Position numbers and translations under genes: made by a program. A stretch of DNA of 64,000 bases, taken from positions 96,977,250 to 97,041,249 of the forward strand of contig NC_068981.1 of assembly GCF_001194135.2 (NCBI RefSeq), in the 5' to 3' direction. Source of the stretch: Octopus bimaculoides (lineage: Eukaryota). Below are positions 52,101-64,000 of this stretch, in pieces. Under the pieces are notes generated by a model, which was not told where the DNA came from, did not search any database, and worked only from the letters and a program-made list of their open reading frames with translations. Position 1 is the stretch's first letter. Each line of letters starts with the position of its first letter.

Positions 52101-54335
52101 TTCATGCAAGACAATTTTACCATGCATGAACTGGGGGATCATGTGTATAACAAATAATTTTTATTATTACATATATATTGTAAAAACATCCTGCAGATTG
52201 TGATAGTTGATAAAATAAAAAAATTTATTCTGTGTGGTCCAGTATCAAAGGATTCCATGACCGGGTGGTTAGGGACCTCATGCTCTACAGAATATTGGCT
52301 ACACAAGCCAATGAAAGAACCTGTATGTCAGTTATTCCCAAATGTGAAGCATATACCCTACTGGTGGTCTGTGGGATTCAATTTTTTTCTTTTTAGTGGG
52401 ATATGGAATTGTGAAAATCTTTTTTTCACAGCAAACATACTACATCTATAGCACTATTCTAATGCCTTAGAGTGGATATTTCTCTAAAGAAAGTATATAA
52501 TTTGAAGTATTAAAAATAAAGTTGTTTTTTTCCAACCACCAGTGGGGTATATATTTTTCGGGAAAGTTATAGTGGAGCCTGAGAAAAATAGGTTGGGAAA
52601 CACTACTCTATATAGTTGCTTGATCATTCCGAAATCTGGGTAAGACATTAACCTGCATTCAGTGGTGAGACTCCAGCTTGGGAGTTTCTCAATTTTGGAG
52701 AAGTTTGGAGTTACATTTTAGTGCTACTGCTCTCAGGCCCTCTGTATCTAGGGGGTGGTAGTATGTGTCACAGGGCCCTGTTATAGTTCAAATAGCTGTT
52801 CCTATGACTAATGGATACAAAACTCAGAGGAAAGCTGGGCCTCTGAGGTATGAGTTAATTAGGGCCAAGAGTGTGAGGACATGCTTTGATGTCATGTAAA
52901 CTTATTCCTCTGCCTAAGGATTAAAAAAGTTCTGTGCCTCAAAGGTAAGTTGGGAGAGCAAGAAACTAGTAGAATAAGCTGTAAATAAACTGGCAGAAAG
53001 CACTGCAGTAAATTTCTCAAGAAAAGCCATGAACCTTCACAGAATCTTTTCTGTTTGGCTGCCACTTTTCAATTTTTGTTACAATTGATTTCATATTTGG
53101 TGTAATGGTGTAGTTTTGTAAAGTCATGAAATTCATTTTCGTCATAAATCAATAAATAATGAGTTAATAGCTTTTGAAGTTTGCAAATTTTGGGTAATTT
53201 TAGCCAATTGAAAATCACAGACAAGCCGGTACCTGTTTCCATAGTAATAAACCAAACTGTTACCAAGCTGCTTACCACGTTTAAAATTTTTTTTTTTTTA
53301 TCGCTTATTAAATGCTTAAAACACATGCGGTATGAGGTGATCATTAGATGTGTTAAAAATAACAACTAAATAGGCGGCCTTAAATCACGTACGATTTTTT
53401 TTGTTGTTTTCATAATCATATGAATTCCCGTGTGTAGAATACAAATTTGCAAAAATTTTCTGAAAATTCCAAAAAATTAGCAAACTGTAAATCCCTGTAA
53501 CTTCAAGATTTAGCTTGGAAAATTACATCAATACACCAAATTTCAAAATTTTCACTCAACTTTAAAATTTCCACAGGTGCAGCCAAACAAAAGACCCCCA
53601 TCACATTTTGGCATTAAGGTCGACAAGCTTTTTGCAGTATAACACATGAAGAAAGAAAGAAAGAGAGAGAGAGAGAAAGAGTTTTTTTTAACGTTTATTT
53701 TGTTATGGATAAAGTGAGTTAGCAAATATCGATTTGGTGGATCTTGTAGTATCTACTATTGATTCCTGAACGAATTGATTACGATAAATTGTGAGTATCG
53801 CCGAAAAAAAAAAATTAAGGGTGGTTTTTTTTTAAGGGAGGGGGGACGGGTGGAAGTCTTGCCTTAGTTTGATTTGACTCTATTCAGCAATCTCTGTAAA
53901 TTTACGCACTAAGTTGAATATTTTTGTTTTTACACTTCACTAATAAATCATTCATATATTCCTTTCCTTTCATAATTATTGATCTTTCATTAAGAAAAAA
54001 ATCATTCGCGCTTTTTATAATACATCATTCGGATATTCATTTTCATTTTATGTTAAATCATCTTTCATAAACAATCACACGGAGTTTTCATCTTAAATCA
54101 ATCATTTGGACACTCGGATTATATCGTTATACACATAAATCAGGTAACCTTCATACATTCATTTAATGCCTATTTCTTACGAAATTTCTCTACTTCAATT
54201 AGTTTTTGTTTGTGAATATAAACCGAAGGAATACTAGTATATGTCTAACAACACCTAGAAATGTGGAATGGTCACGGACGGAGTAGGTTTGACTAATGGA
54301 TAAATAACAACATAACAGGGTTCGATGTGGCTGTA

Positions 54336-54696
54336 TTTTTACTTCTGCCTTAGCGAAGTAAGGTGGAGATACTGTTTTCAGTCGTGTTTGTCTATTTGTC
54401 CGTGGACAAGATATCTCAAGAACCGCTGGATGGATTCGGATGAAACTTTCAGGGATATTTGACCTCTTGACTGACACGAACTGATTAGATTTTGGGATCG
54501 ATCCATTACCGGACAAGGATTCAGGATTATTTTTCCTGTTTTTTTTTTAACTTAATTTTTGAGAGCCGTCGGGTTCATCTTTAGTATTCCCGTTTGTGAA
54601 AGCAGTCGAGTTTATTTAAACTATTCTCATTTTAAAAATCATCTCTGGCTAATCGTTGCCTTGGCGGAGGTTTGCGCTCTCTGAGTGTTCTTGTTT
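54336..54696 (+). mobile_element. Non-autonomous Helentron-type element (HINE/DINE-like)
   Basis: 5' T-run plus palindromic cttctgccttagcgaagtaaggtggag; internal gatatctcaagaaccgctggatggattcggatgaaactttcagg; 3' subterminal ccttggcggagg, short hairpin gcgctctctgagtg and a T-rich end. Confidence 0.7.
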
Positions 54697-55813
54697 ATAT
54701 TTGTTCTGTAAATTGCGGACTGCAAACATAATGTCCCTGACAACCAGATGAATAAAATACTTATATTACACGTAAAAAGTAAATGAGAAACACGAAATTA
54801 AGTTAAGAGAAAACTGACAAAAAACAACAAACTATTACTAAAATGAAATAAACCAGCGAAGTAGAGTAAGAGAAAGTAAGGGAGGTTGAGATTCACTTTT
54901 GAAAGTTGACTTCATTTTTGCTAAGACTTTCGTTATACTTGTATATCTGTCCAATGAACCAAATGGAGTAGAAATTAAGAGTTCACATAGTAACTGAATG
55001 GCGTGTGAAACAGAAGTGACAAAGGAATGTTATATGGAAATCATAGCTGAGTAATTAACTCACTATTTTTTCATACTCTTGTGTGAGCTCGTCTTTTTTA
55101 CTTGAGCTATTTATTTTAGGTAACATGGCAACCAGAGTTAAACTTTAATTAAAATCTAAATCCTTACCTAAATTCAATACTTGCGTCATATCTGTCTCTG
55201 AGTTTTATTCCCCGGCGAAGGTAAAGAATACGCCCACTATCCGTTTTCGGCGTTTAGGGTTAGGCCGAAAACGGGTGGTGTGCGTATTCATGTATTGATG
55301 TATTAAAATTACAACGCCTTGTAGGGTGATTATAATAATGAAGTTGGCACAAACCCCTGATCTGGTGGAAATGAGAATAATTAAATCGAGCCTTGAATTA
55401 TGGAAGCAATTACATTTCACATGGCATTTGCGTGCAATTCTACCGATTCTGCACAGAATAATGATGATGTCTAACATCGGCACAAGACATAAATCAGAGG
55501 AAAGGCGTAGTTTGTTTAATCTGCTTCAATACTTGACTGGTACTTTGTTCTTGTTAAACCAGGTCAAACTTGATCGAACTGACTTTATTATGATTAATTG
55601 ATAAAAAGGTCTAAGCCCACAGTTTACCGAGTTGGTGCAGTTTAGTACTTCTTGCATAGACCCTATCACTCTACTTAATACTCTAATAATATTTGGTTTT
55701 TATAATAAAATAATTAAGGCTATGTCCGTCACTTAGGAAATGAATTTCCATTGAGATGAACCAAATACGCCATCTTGCATAAATTTCTCCAATCATTTCA
55801 TTCCACGTGTTAA

Positions 55814-56084
55814 TAGTGCTACTCAAAGTGGTGGTCCGCGAGCCATTAGCTGCTGGTACGCGACGAGTTTCCAGAAAAGAAAGATTATAAAAAGCTCATG
55901 TAATATTGTATTATTTGTTTACAAAATAAATATAAGATAAAAAAAATTTGTCAACTTTTATTATATTCTTTATATTGTTTCCGATATAAATTAATGTTAC
56001 TAAGAAATATTACCGGTCCCTGGCACATTGGAGAAAAAAAATCTGCCGCCCCGCACGCCACATTAGATAGTTTAAGAAGCATTG
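55814..56084. mobile_element. hAT (Charlie-like) MITE
   Basis: Ends tagtgctactcaaa / tttaagaagcattg resemble CAGTG...CACTG hAT termini; TSD not clear. Confidence 0.45.
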
Positions 56085-56409
56085 CGTTAAGCTACATGAC
56101 ACAAATACCCGTCCTACTACATTCAGTAATAATTAATGAATTTTTGATTAAATATTGAAATTTTTTATCTTTTCACTTTCCTCGGCAGATCAAGAAATTA
56201 ATTTTTTGTAACTAAACACTTTCAAACTTCGGACACTGGTAGAATGTGTCATATAAAACATCTTTTACTCTTAGCGTTATTGAGAAAAGTTTCTATTTAC
56301 GAAGTTATTTTGTGTTAAAGTTGTCGTATTTCGGTAATTTCAACCAATCAATGACATGTATTCAGCTGAATAAAATTACTGCTGTTGCTTGTCAAGAACA
56401 ACTTCCAAC

Positions 56410-56754
56410 GGTGTATATTTCGTTTGTCACTGTTATTTATGACATATTTCATCTCAGTTACGTTCGTGATACCATCATAATCGTTCGTGCATTTCTACTG
56501 CTTTTTAGGTTGTTGTTTTTTTCCTGTTTTTCAGCTACTATNNNNNNNNNNNNNNNNNNNNNNNNNNNNNNNNNNNNNNNNNNNNNNNNNNNNNNNNNNN
56601 NNNNNNNNNNNNNNNNNNNNNNNNNNNNNNNNNNNNNNNNNNNNNNNATTTCTTCATTTTTCACTTTTTTCTGTAACCCTAACCCCCTAAAGCTAAAACC
56701 AGTACAAACGCATGAACGATGTCATAAATAACAGCGACAAACGAAATATACACC
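56410..56754. mobile_element. Foldback/MITE with 36-bp TIRs and a telomere-like (TAACCC) core, spanning an N-gap
   Basis: ggtgtatatttcgtttgtcactgttatttatgacat (56410-56445) vs atgtcataaataacagcgacaaacgaaatatacacc (56719-56754), 35/36 complementary; taaccctaacccc near 56675. Confidence 0.7.
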
Positions 56755-58084
56755 ACCGATATGTTGCTTGTTTTTGTTCTGTATTTTGTGATGTGTAGTA
56801 TTGGGTATAAAGTGATACTCTAAGTTAATAGAAAGGAAGGATGGTGAACTGGTAGAATTGTTAACATGCTGGGCAAAATGCTTAGCGACATTTCATTCGT
56901 CTTTACGTTCCGAGTTCAAATTCTGACAAGGTTGAATTTGCTTTTCATAGATAAAAATAAGTACCAGCTGAGCACTGGGGTTGATGTAATTTACTTATTC
57001 CCTCTCCCGAAATTACTAGCCTTGTACCAAAATTTGAAGCCAATAAAAAGTGTGAAACAAAAACTTAAAAGTCAATAATATTTGTTTATATCATAAACTA
57101 AAAACGGAAATTGTATTATAATTCATAACATAAAAATTCATTTTGTGCATAAAACCATGTTTGGCTATTGAGTTCAAAATTTCTATTTTCTTATAGATGA
57201 GAAATGAATTTTGTTTTAGTTTAATTTTTCTGTTCTTGATGGAACTCGAATTGTAAAAATGAAATCGTTTGAGGACGAACAGTTTATAAAGTTTTACTAG
57301 ACTATATATAGATTTGTGTTTTAAATATGTATGCACAGCTAGTGGCAGAATCATGTAACTGTCAAAAGACAGAAAATTATCTGAAAAATGGCTGTTTATG
57401 AATAGTATAGAATTTTATTCAAGCACATTGGTACTATATACATCAAAATAAATGTTATAAAAATGTTCAGTATGAGTAATACACTTTTGGGGATACAAAC
57501 AATCACACATACCAATTTATGTAATAGATGGTACTTGTGTATATAAACTTTTCACTTATTGTCCATGCTATCATGACTTGGATAAAATCAATTTTAAGCA
57601 GCATTTTATAGTCAGATGCCCTTCTAGTTGCCAACTCTTATCTGTTTTTCAAATAAAGGGCTTTTATTCCACGAGTCTTTGTAAAGACAATTTGAGAGCA
57701 ACCAATTACAATGTTAAAATGTAAGCATCATATCACCATTTCACTTAGGAGGTTATAAGCATGAAATGCCAACATTGTATGTGTATACATGTGAACATAT
57801 ATGTATTTGTATGAGGATGAGTTTGTATAAACAAAACATACACATGCAAGAGTGTATATATGTGAGTGTTTGTAAGGAGTTCCACAAAACTACTGAGCTT
57901 GAACACAAACTCTTAGAAATATTAGCCACAATTTAGTTAAAACTCAGACCTTCTACCCTTTTATTGTTAATTGATTAACAGAAACAAAAGATAGGTTTAT
58001 CTTTAATGCTGTCATCCCCCCACCCCAAAAAAGTACTAAATATACACTCTTAAAATATTTTCTGTTTTTCCCCACAGATGGTGA

Positions 58085-58440
58085 AGGTGTGGCTGTGTGA
58101 TAAGAAGCCTGCTTCCTAACCACATGGTTCTGGGTTCAGTCCCACTGTATGGCACCTTGAGCAAGTGTCTTCTACTATAGCCTTGTGAGCGGACTTTGTA
58201 GACAGAAACTGAAAGAAGCCCGTTGTGCATATATATATATATATATATGTGTTTGTTCCCCCACCATTACTTGACAACCAATGTTGGTGATTTATGTCCC
58301 TGTAAATTAGCAAAAGAGACTGATAGAATAAGTACTAAGCTTACAAAGTACAAGTCCTGGGGTCAATTTCTTTGACTAAAACATTTTAAGGTGGTGCTCC
58401 ACCATGGCTGCAGTCAAATGACTGAAACAAGTAAAAGAAA
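58085..58440 (+). mobile_element. SINE family A copy
   Basis: Full head-to-tail homology. Partial copies also at about 15640-15730, 27330-27620, 39790-39960, 42340-42470 (+) and 51480-51640 (-). Confidence 0.8.
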
Positions 58441-58756
58441 GTGATCAAATAGATATGTAATCTACTAAATTTTCTGAACCCATGTCTCTTAACTAAAATT
58501 CTTATAGGTTTATCCTTTACTTTTTTCTATCACTTGTTTTCTTTCCTATTCTCATTTGTCTATAATCTTTCCTTTTCTATTCTTTCTCTGCACTCATTCT
58601 CATCTGTCATTGTGTACAGCCAATGCTCATGTTGTTTTCAGAGTCAATTGATTAGATTCAATTGACAGATAAATGCACAGGCTTAAAGGACTATAAACAC
58701 AAGTTGTTTAAAGACAAGGAATGAGCTTTATGTGTATATATATATATATATATATA

Positions 58757-59115
58757 TTGTTGGCACTCTGTCACTTACGACGTCAAGGGTTCCAGTTGAT
58801 CCGATCAAGGGAACAGCCTGCTCGTGAAATTAATGTGCAAGTGGCTGAGCACTCCACAGACATGTGTACCCTTAACGTAGTTCTCGGGGATATTCAGTGT
58901 GACAAAGGTGACCCTTTGAATTACAGGCACAACAGAAACAGGAAGTAAGAGTGAGAGAAAGTTGTGGTGAAAGAGTACAGCAGGGTTCGCCACCATCCCC
59001 TGCTGGAGCCTCGTGGAGCTTTAGGTGTTTTCGCTCAATAAACACTCACAACGCCCAGTCTGGGAATCGAAACCGCGAGTTCGCTGCCCTAACCACTGGG
59101 CCATTGTGCCTCCAC
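58757..59115 (-). mobile_element. SINE family C copy
   Basis: Colinear with 46567-46942, with several CpG to TpG/CpA changes. Confidence 0.85.
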
Positions 59116-59537
59116 ACACACACACACACACATACATATTCCATAATTATCACATATGATGATTAGCTATGTTGATGGTAAAAACTGTTACTAAGTATCT
59201 AAGTAAACCTGGTTGCTTATCACCAGATCAACTCTGAACAGATATATGATTAAAGATATTCCAGTCATGACTATCTTGTCTCTTTTTTTGTCCATATAGG
59301 ACTAAATTGTTCAATGTATTGTTTTCTAGAGAGAAATTTGGCTACTTGTAAGAGGTCAAGTGAGTGCACAGAAGCTTTTTCATTGATTTGAAGTAAACTT
59401 AGTTGTTCCATGATCATCCCATCTTTTTTGTATATCCTTTAAAATGGTAGTGATTTGGCCATTATTTCTTGCAGTTTGAACAACTACATAGCGGCTCCTT
59501 CATAATCTGATTGTCCATCAAGTATTTATTGCTTTAA

Positions 59538-59747
59538 TCCTTTAGCATTTAAACTGGTTACATCCAGCCTAAATATTCTATCTGTTTTTGTGCAGACTGA
59601 CCAGGTCTGCCTTATCACACCTACCTTACAATGTCATTCAAAAGATAAACAGTCGGGTCATCAACATTTCAAAGCTTATGAGATAATACAGGGTTAATTC
59701 AAATCAACATGAATAAATATGTTTGACAGAGTAATGTGAATGCAAGG
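59538..59747. mobile_element. Degraded piggyBac-like MITE
   Basis: TTAA|tcctttagcatt ... aatgcaagg|TTAA. The same left end (ttaaccctttagtatttaaaccagccatatcc) occurs at about 13436. Confidence 0.55.
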
Positions 59748-60633
59748 TTAACACATGACTGAACACTAGGATCAACTGACACCACCTTACATGCAGAAAA
59801 ATATTTGATAAACACCAGCAACTGTAATCGCACTCACTCTCATTTTCTGTGTTTTATGCTATTTCATCCCTTCACTCTCTTTCCCTCTTACATTTTTGAT
59901 TTTATTCCTCCTCTCTATCTAACATACACTTCCTCTCCCTATTTTTATTTCTCATAACTTCCCTCTCACTATTTGGAAGGAGGGCCAAGAGTGAGGTGCT
60001 TGGTGTGATATGTGGCAAGTAGTGTAATGTAAGTTAACCAATCATTGCATTATGGTTACATACCCACACCTATGCGTTGCAATTACTTTATTATAATGTA
60101 GGATGTTATATCCTCACATGAAATGAAATGTCTCTAAAAATTAACTCAAATCAACAGAAGCAAATACAGATGCAATGGAGGACACACTCCTCACTGTACA
60201 GACACTGAGAGAAAAGGCAGAATTCAATTTGTCTTTATTACACTATATCTAATGTATTATAAAATTTAATCTACGGCATACAAATTTAATATCATGCCCC
60301 ATATATGTAATTAGGCTTGAAAAGAGATGGATATGGAGCTTGTCTTCACATTAAAATAGTAGCCTTTAACTGAATTATACATTGAATTTCATGCATTAAA
60401 TTAGACATTATTTACTTTCATATCTAATAATACTTATAGGTTTAGTGTTAGTAAGCATGGTCTACCTTGTATAATTCTCTAAGGGACCGAACAGCATAAT
60501 ATGAACATTTCTCATACATTCTGAGACTAGTCAGTTTACATGCAAGTAAATGAAATAGTTGTTTTGTGACTTAAATTGTGGAGTAATTTTTGTGGTAAAC
60601 AAAAAGCTTCACAAAGGAAAATGTCCAACTATA

Positions 60634-61745
60634 CGGTGGCCATAAAGTCATGCACCATCCTGCAATACTCTCTTTTACTTGTTTCAGTCATTTGACTGTG
60701 GCCATGGTGGAGCATCACCTTTAGTCGAGCAAATTGACCCCAGGACTTATTCCTTGTTAGCCTAGTACTTATTCTATTGGTCTCTTTTGCCGAACCGCCA
60801 AGTTATGGGGATGTAAACACACCAGCATCGGTTGTCAAGCGATGTTGGGGGGACAAACACAGACACACAAACATATATGACAGGCTTCTTTCAGTTTCTG
60901 TCTACCAAATCCACTCACAAGGCTTTGATTGGCCTGAGGCTATAGTAGAAGACAGTTGCTCAAGGTGCCATGCAGTGGAACTGAACCAAGAACCATGTGG
61001 TTGGTAAGCAAGCTGCTTACCACACAGCCATTCCTGCACCTTATGTGAAATTGCTAACATTGTTTTTTTTATCTCCTTTTGCAACTGCCAATATTACTCA
61101 AAACCAATCCTCATTGGATGGAGGCTGATAATCAAAGTGGGGGGGGGGAGGTAATGGTGTGGTGTGGGATTTTGCACAATCAAGTAATAGGACCATTTTA
61201 TTTTGAGGACTCCATGACAGGTGATTCATATTTGGACATGCTTGGCAACAAGATGATGCCTCATGTGCATTCACTTGGCAGGGGAAATCCTGTCTGGTTT
61301 CAGAATATGGTTCCGCCCTATTATGCATTACGGGTTCATGACTTTCTGAAAGAACTTTTCCCAGGGAGGAATGTTCAGTATGAGTAATACACTTTTGTGG
61401 ATACAAACAATTGCAGGCCAATTGAATGGGCACCACAGTCACCAGATTTAACACCCATAGACTTTTTCTTCTGAGAATATATCAAACCCCTTCAGTATTC
61501 TGAAAAGATTCATGACTGAAATCTTCAAAGAATTATTGAAACATGTGAACAGCTCAATGGCAATGAAGAGCTATTTGAGAGAGTTCATTGCAATTTCAAA
61601 TTCTGTACATGGCCAACACTCTGAACGTTTGTAATAGATTACCTACTTCATTGTTATGGCTTTTACTGCCTTACATGTATATGTAAACATATACATTAAA
61701 AATAAAAAAATTTCCCTAAATTTTCACTTTGACTTTCATGGCAAT
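60634..61745 (+). mobile_element. Internally deleted Tc1/mariner element (rosa/DD41D-like), split by a SINE at 60668-61035
   Basis: GEVMVWCGILHNQVIGPFYFEDSMTGDSYLDML...WFQ...ELFPGR...IEWAPQSPDLTPIDFFF and terminal GQHSERL*. TIR remnants cggtggccataaagtc and gactttcatggc. Confidence 0.75.
60668..61035 (-). mobile_element. SINE family A copy inserted into the Tc1/mariner element
   Basis: Reverse complement of the family A consensus, from tail (ctcttttacttgtttcagtc) to head. Confidence 0.85.
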
Positions 61746-64000
61746 TGCCAAATGCCCAAAGTATTACTTCATTTGCTTTAATTTCAGTTTGAAAACAGAC
61801 CAATTTAAAACTTCACATTCCTTCAATTATATATTACTAAAAGAACACTTTCATATCTACAGGTTTGTTGACTGATTCAATATTTACAGAGTGTTGCATA
61901 GATATGTTAAATGATTTGGATAAGTGATTCTGGTCTCTCTTGCAGAATTCAAGAGACTTTCAGACGTGGACTTCCTCAACCATGTAGCAGTCTCATTTCA
62001 AATCCACGTCTATTAAGAAACAACTTACAGCAAGATCTTTGCTAGCAAAGACTGTGCAAACATTATTGTGATAGTGATATAACAATTCAAGGCTTCTTTG
62101 TTATTCAATTGTTCTTGAAGATCATGAATATTGACTATTTTCATCGTGGATCTGACACAAATTATCTGATCAAGATTTAATGGAAGAAAGTGAAGTGCCT
62201 TTCATTGTTGTATGTCCAGCAATTGCAGCCTTCCTGCATTAGATTACTTGCTTAAAACAATAGCAGGAAAACATGTAGATGGCAAAATAATGAACTTTGC
62301 ATGAAGAAATATACAAATATTGTACCAATAAGATAGTAATAAACCTGAAGTCTTTTTTGTGAATGACTTTGGGTCACTTGAGACTGGTCAATGCCATTAT
62401 GGAAAGTGTGTCAGCAATACAAGAAAATGATGTTCTTGGATAACTTGCTTGACCCCTCAGTCTGAGAAATTTCTCCACAAACAACAAAGGTCAACATAAC
62501 CGGAATAGTTAGGATTCTCTTGATTATTGTTGTGCTGAAAATGTTATTTTGATTTCTAATGAATTTAATCGTTATACGTACCTTTACATAAAAAAGAAAA
62601 AAAATTCACCATCATCCATATCATTATATCCCTGTGTAACAAAAACATTAATTCCTTGAAGTGCTTTTCCTAACAAATGATTCAGGAAGAGCAATTATAA
62701 TTTAATCTTGGAAGATATAAATTTAGAGAGGAAGGGTTTCATTGACTCAGGTACTTGTCTAGTTCTAATATTGATCACTGAGCATAATTTAAAAATTGCA
62801 GCTCTACCATTTCTGTCACTCACCACCATTAAAAAAAAAAAACATTTATTGAAGCTGATGGTTTTTATCAGTGTAGGCATCTGACTATAGTTCTGATATT
62901 AAGATTCAGAAAAAGTTTCACACTCAGTTTTTATTCATTCCATTGACACACCAAGAAATGGGACAGCTAAATAACCCTTGAACTTATTAAGACTGAAGAT
63001 GTCAGCAAAATATCTAGATTTTGTGGTGCATTTTAGAGCTACACTTCCATGGTATTAATACCTCTCTCAAGGTATTAACCATTGATAAATAGTAAAGACA
63101 TGTTGAAACTAGTCTGTTATTCATACACATTTTTAGAAATCATAACTGATAGAGAGAGAGAGAGAGAACAACAAGTGTAACATCAATAGCAACATAAAAG
63201 ATTCAACAAATCTCTAAGGAGCACAATTCCAGGTAAAATGTCTAATGAAAACTTAAACATACTATATACCAACGACACTGGCTGCCAAATGAAATCCAAA
63301 ATGTCTTGAGCAATAGCAAAACTTAACATTTCAATTTTATTTAAAGATATTTCATTATTGCTTACTCATTCAGAGATTCTTTTTTTTATACCAATTACGT
63401 CTACATTGAAAAAAAAAATGATTATGAATGGTGTTTGCAGTTATTAGAAGTTACTCAACGTAAAAAAAAAAAAAAAGCCCCAGGGCAAGTGTGAAGTGTA
63501 TGTTTTAAAATGCATTCAATTTTCTACTTCATTGCATCACTTTACTGAAGACCACATGCTCCTCACGTGACTTGGAGCTGTGACTCACAGAAGTGTGTGT
63601 GCGAAATGGATATAATTTATTCAAAACCATTTTGTAGCATTTAAAAAAAAGAATTAACCAGCCTCCACAGGCGATTTTGAAGGTTAAGTGGATTTAGAAC
63701 AAAACGGCATTCAAACTGAAGCAGCTCATTTGATGAAGAATATAAATCCAATTTTAAATGATTCACGAGAGAGCAAAACTTGCAGGACGTCCCAATTCTA
63801 ACAGGGATAAAAAAAAAAGAGTGACGAGGAAGGAAATAGAATTTGTTCCGAGTATTTATAACCGAATTTCGCTAAAAGCAACTAAGGACCAGGTGGTGTT
63901 CAAGAAGCCCCAACCACCTATAAACTGTACATCTCTGAAGGTTGCATTGATCGCTAGACATCGAAACATCTTAATGAATACCATTAAACTCAACGCCACA

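Noticed and set aside
1-64000. CRISPR arrays, operons, rRNA genes or prokaryotic contamination
   Set aside because: No regularly spaced repeats, no rRNA-like segments and no long intronless GC-rich ORFs; the composition is that of a eukaryotic repeat-rich genome throughout.

Overview
AT-rich, repeat-dense, gapped eukaryotic draft sequence. The SINE/RTE repeat families and (AT)n/(GT)n/(GA)n microsatellites look like an octopod cephalopod (Octopus-like) genome; this is inferred from repeat sequence, not from a database search. The only host gene I can support is a CUSTOS (C12orf43-like) orthologue on the minus strand. It is rebuilt from five short exons (24230 down to 15344) with canonical GT-AG sites and consistent phases; its first coding exon was not found. 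The rest is mostly a transposon graveyard: a full-length but decayed DD37D (maT) Tc1/mariner element, a decayed rosa/DD41D-like element, an RTE LINE with many 3'-end copies, an R4/Dong-like and a CRE-like RLE retrotransposon, a Ty3/Gypsy pol remnant, a CR1-like RT fragment, three tRNA-derived SINE families, a Helentron-type non-autonomous element, and several piggyBac-, hAT- and Tc1-type MITEs. Nearly all entries in the ORF track are artefacts of microsatellites, N-gaps or TE remnants. I found no convincing new multi-gene system. The best leads are inverted RTE-tail copies bracketing CUSTOS exons (dsRNA, editing, back-splicing), a MITE sharing a module with a retroposon, a SINE abutting a splice donor, a 42-bp insert in a transposase, and candidate micro-exons of a second gene at 46-52 kb.
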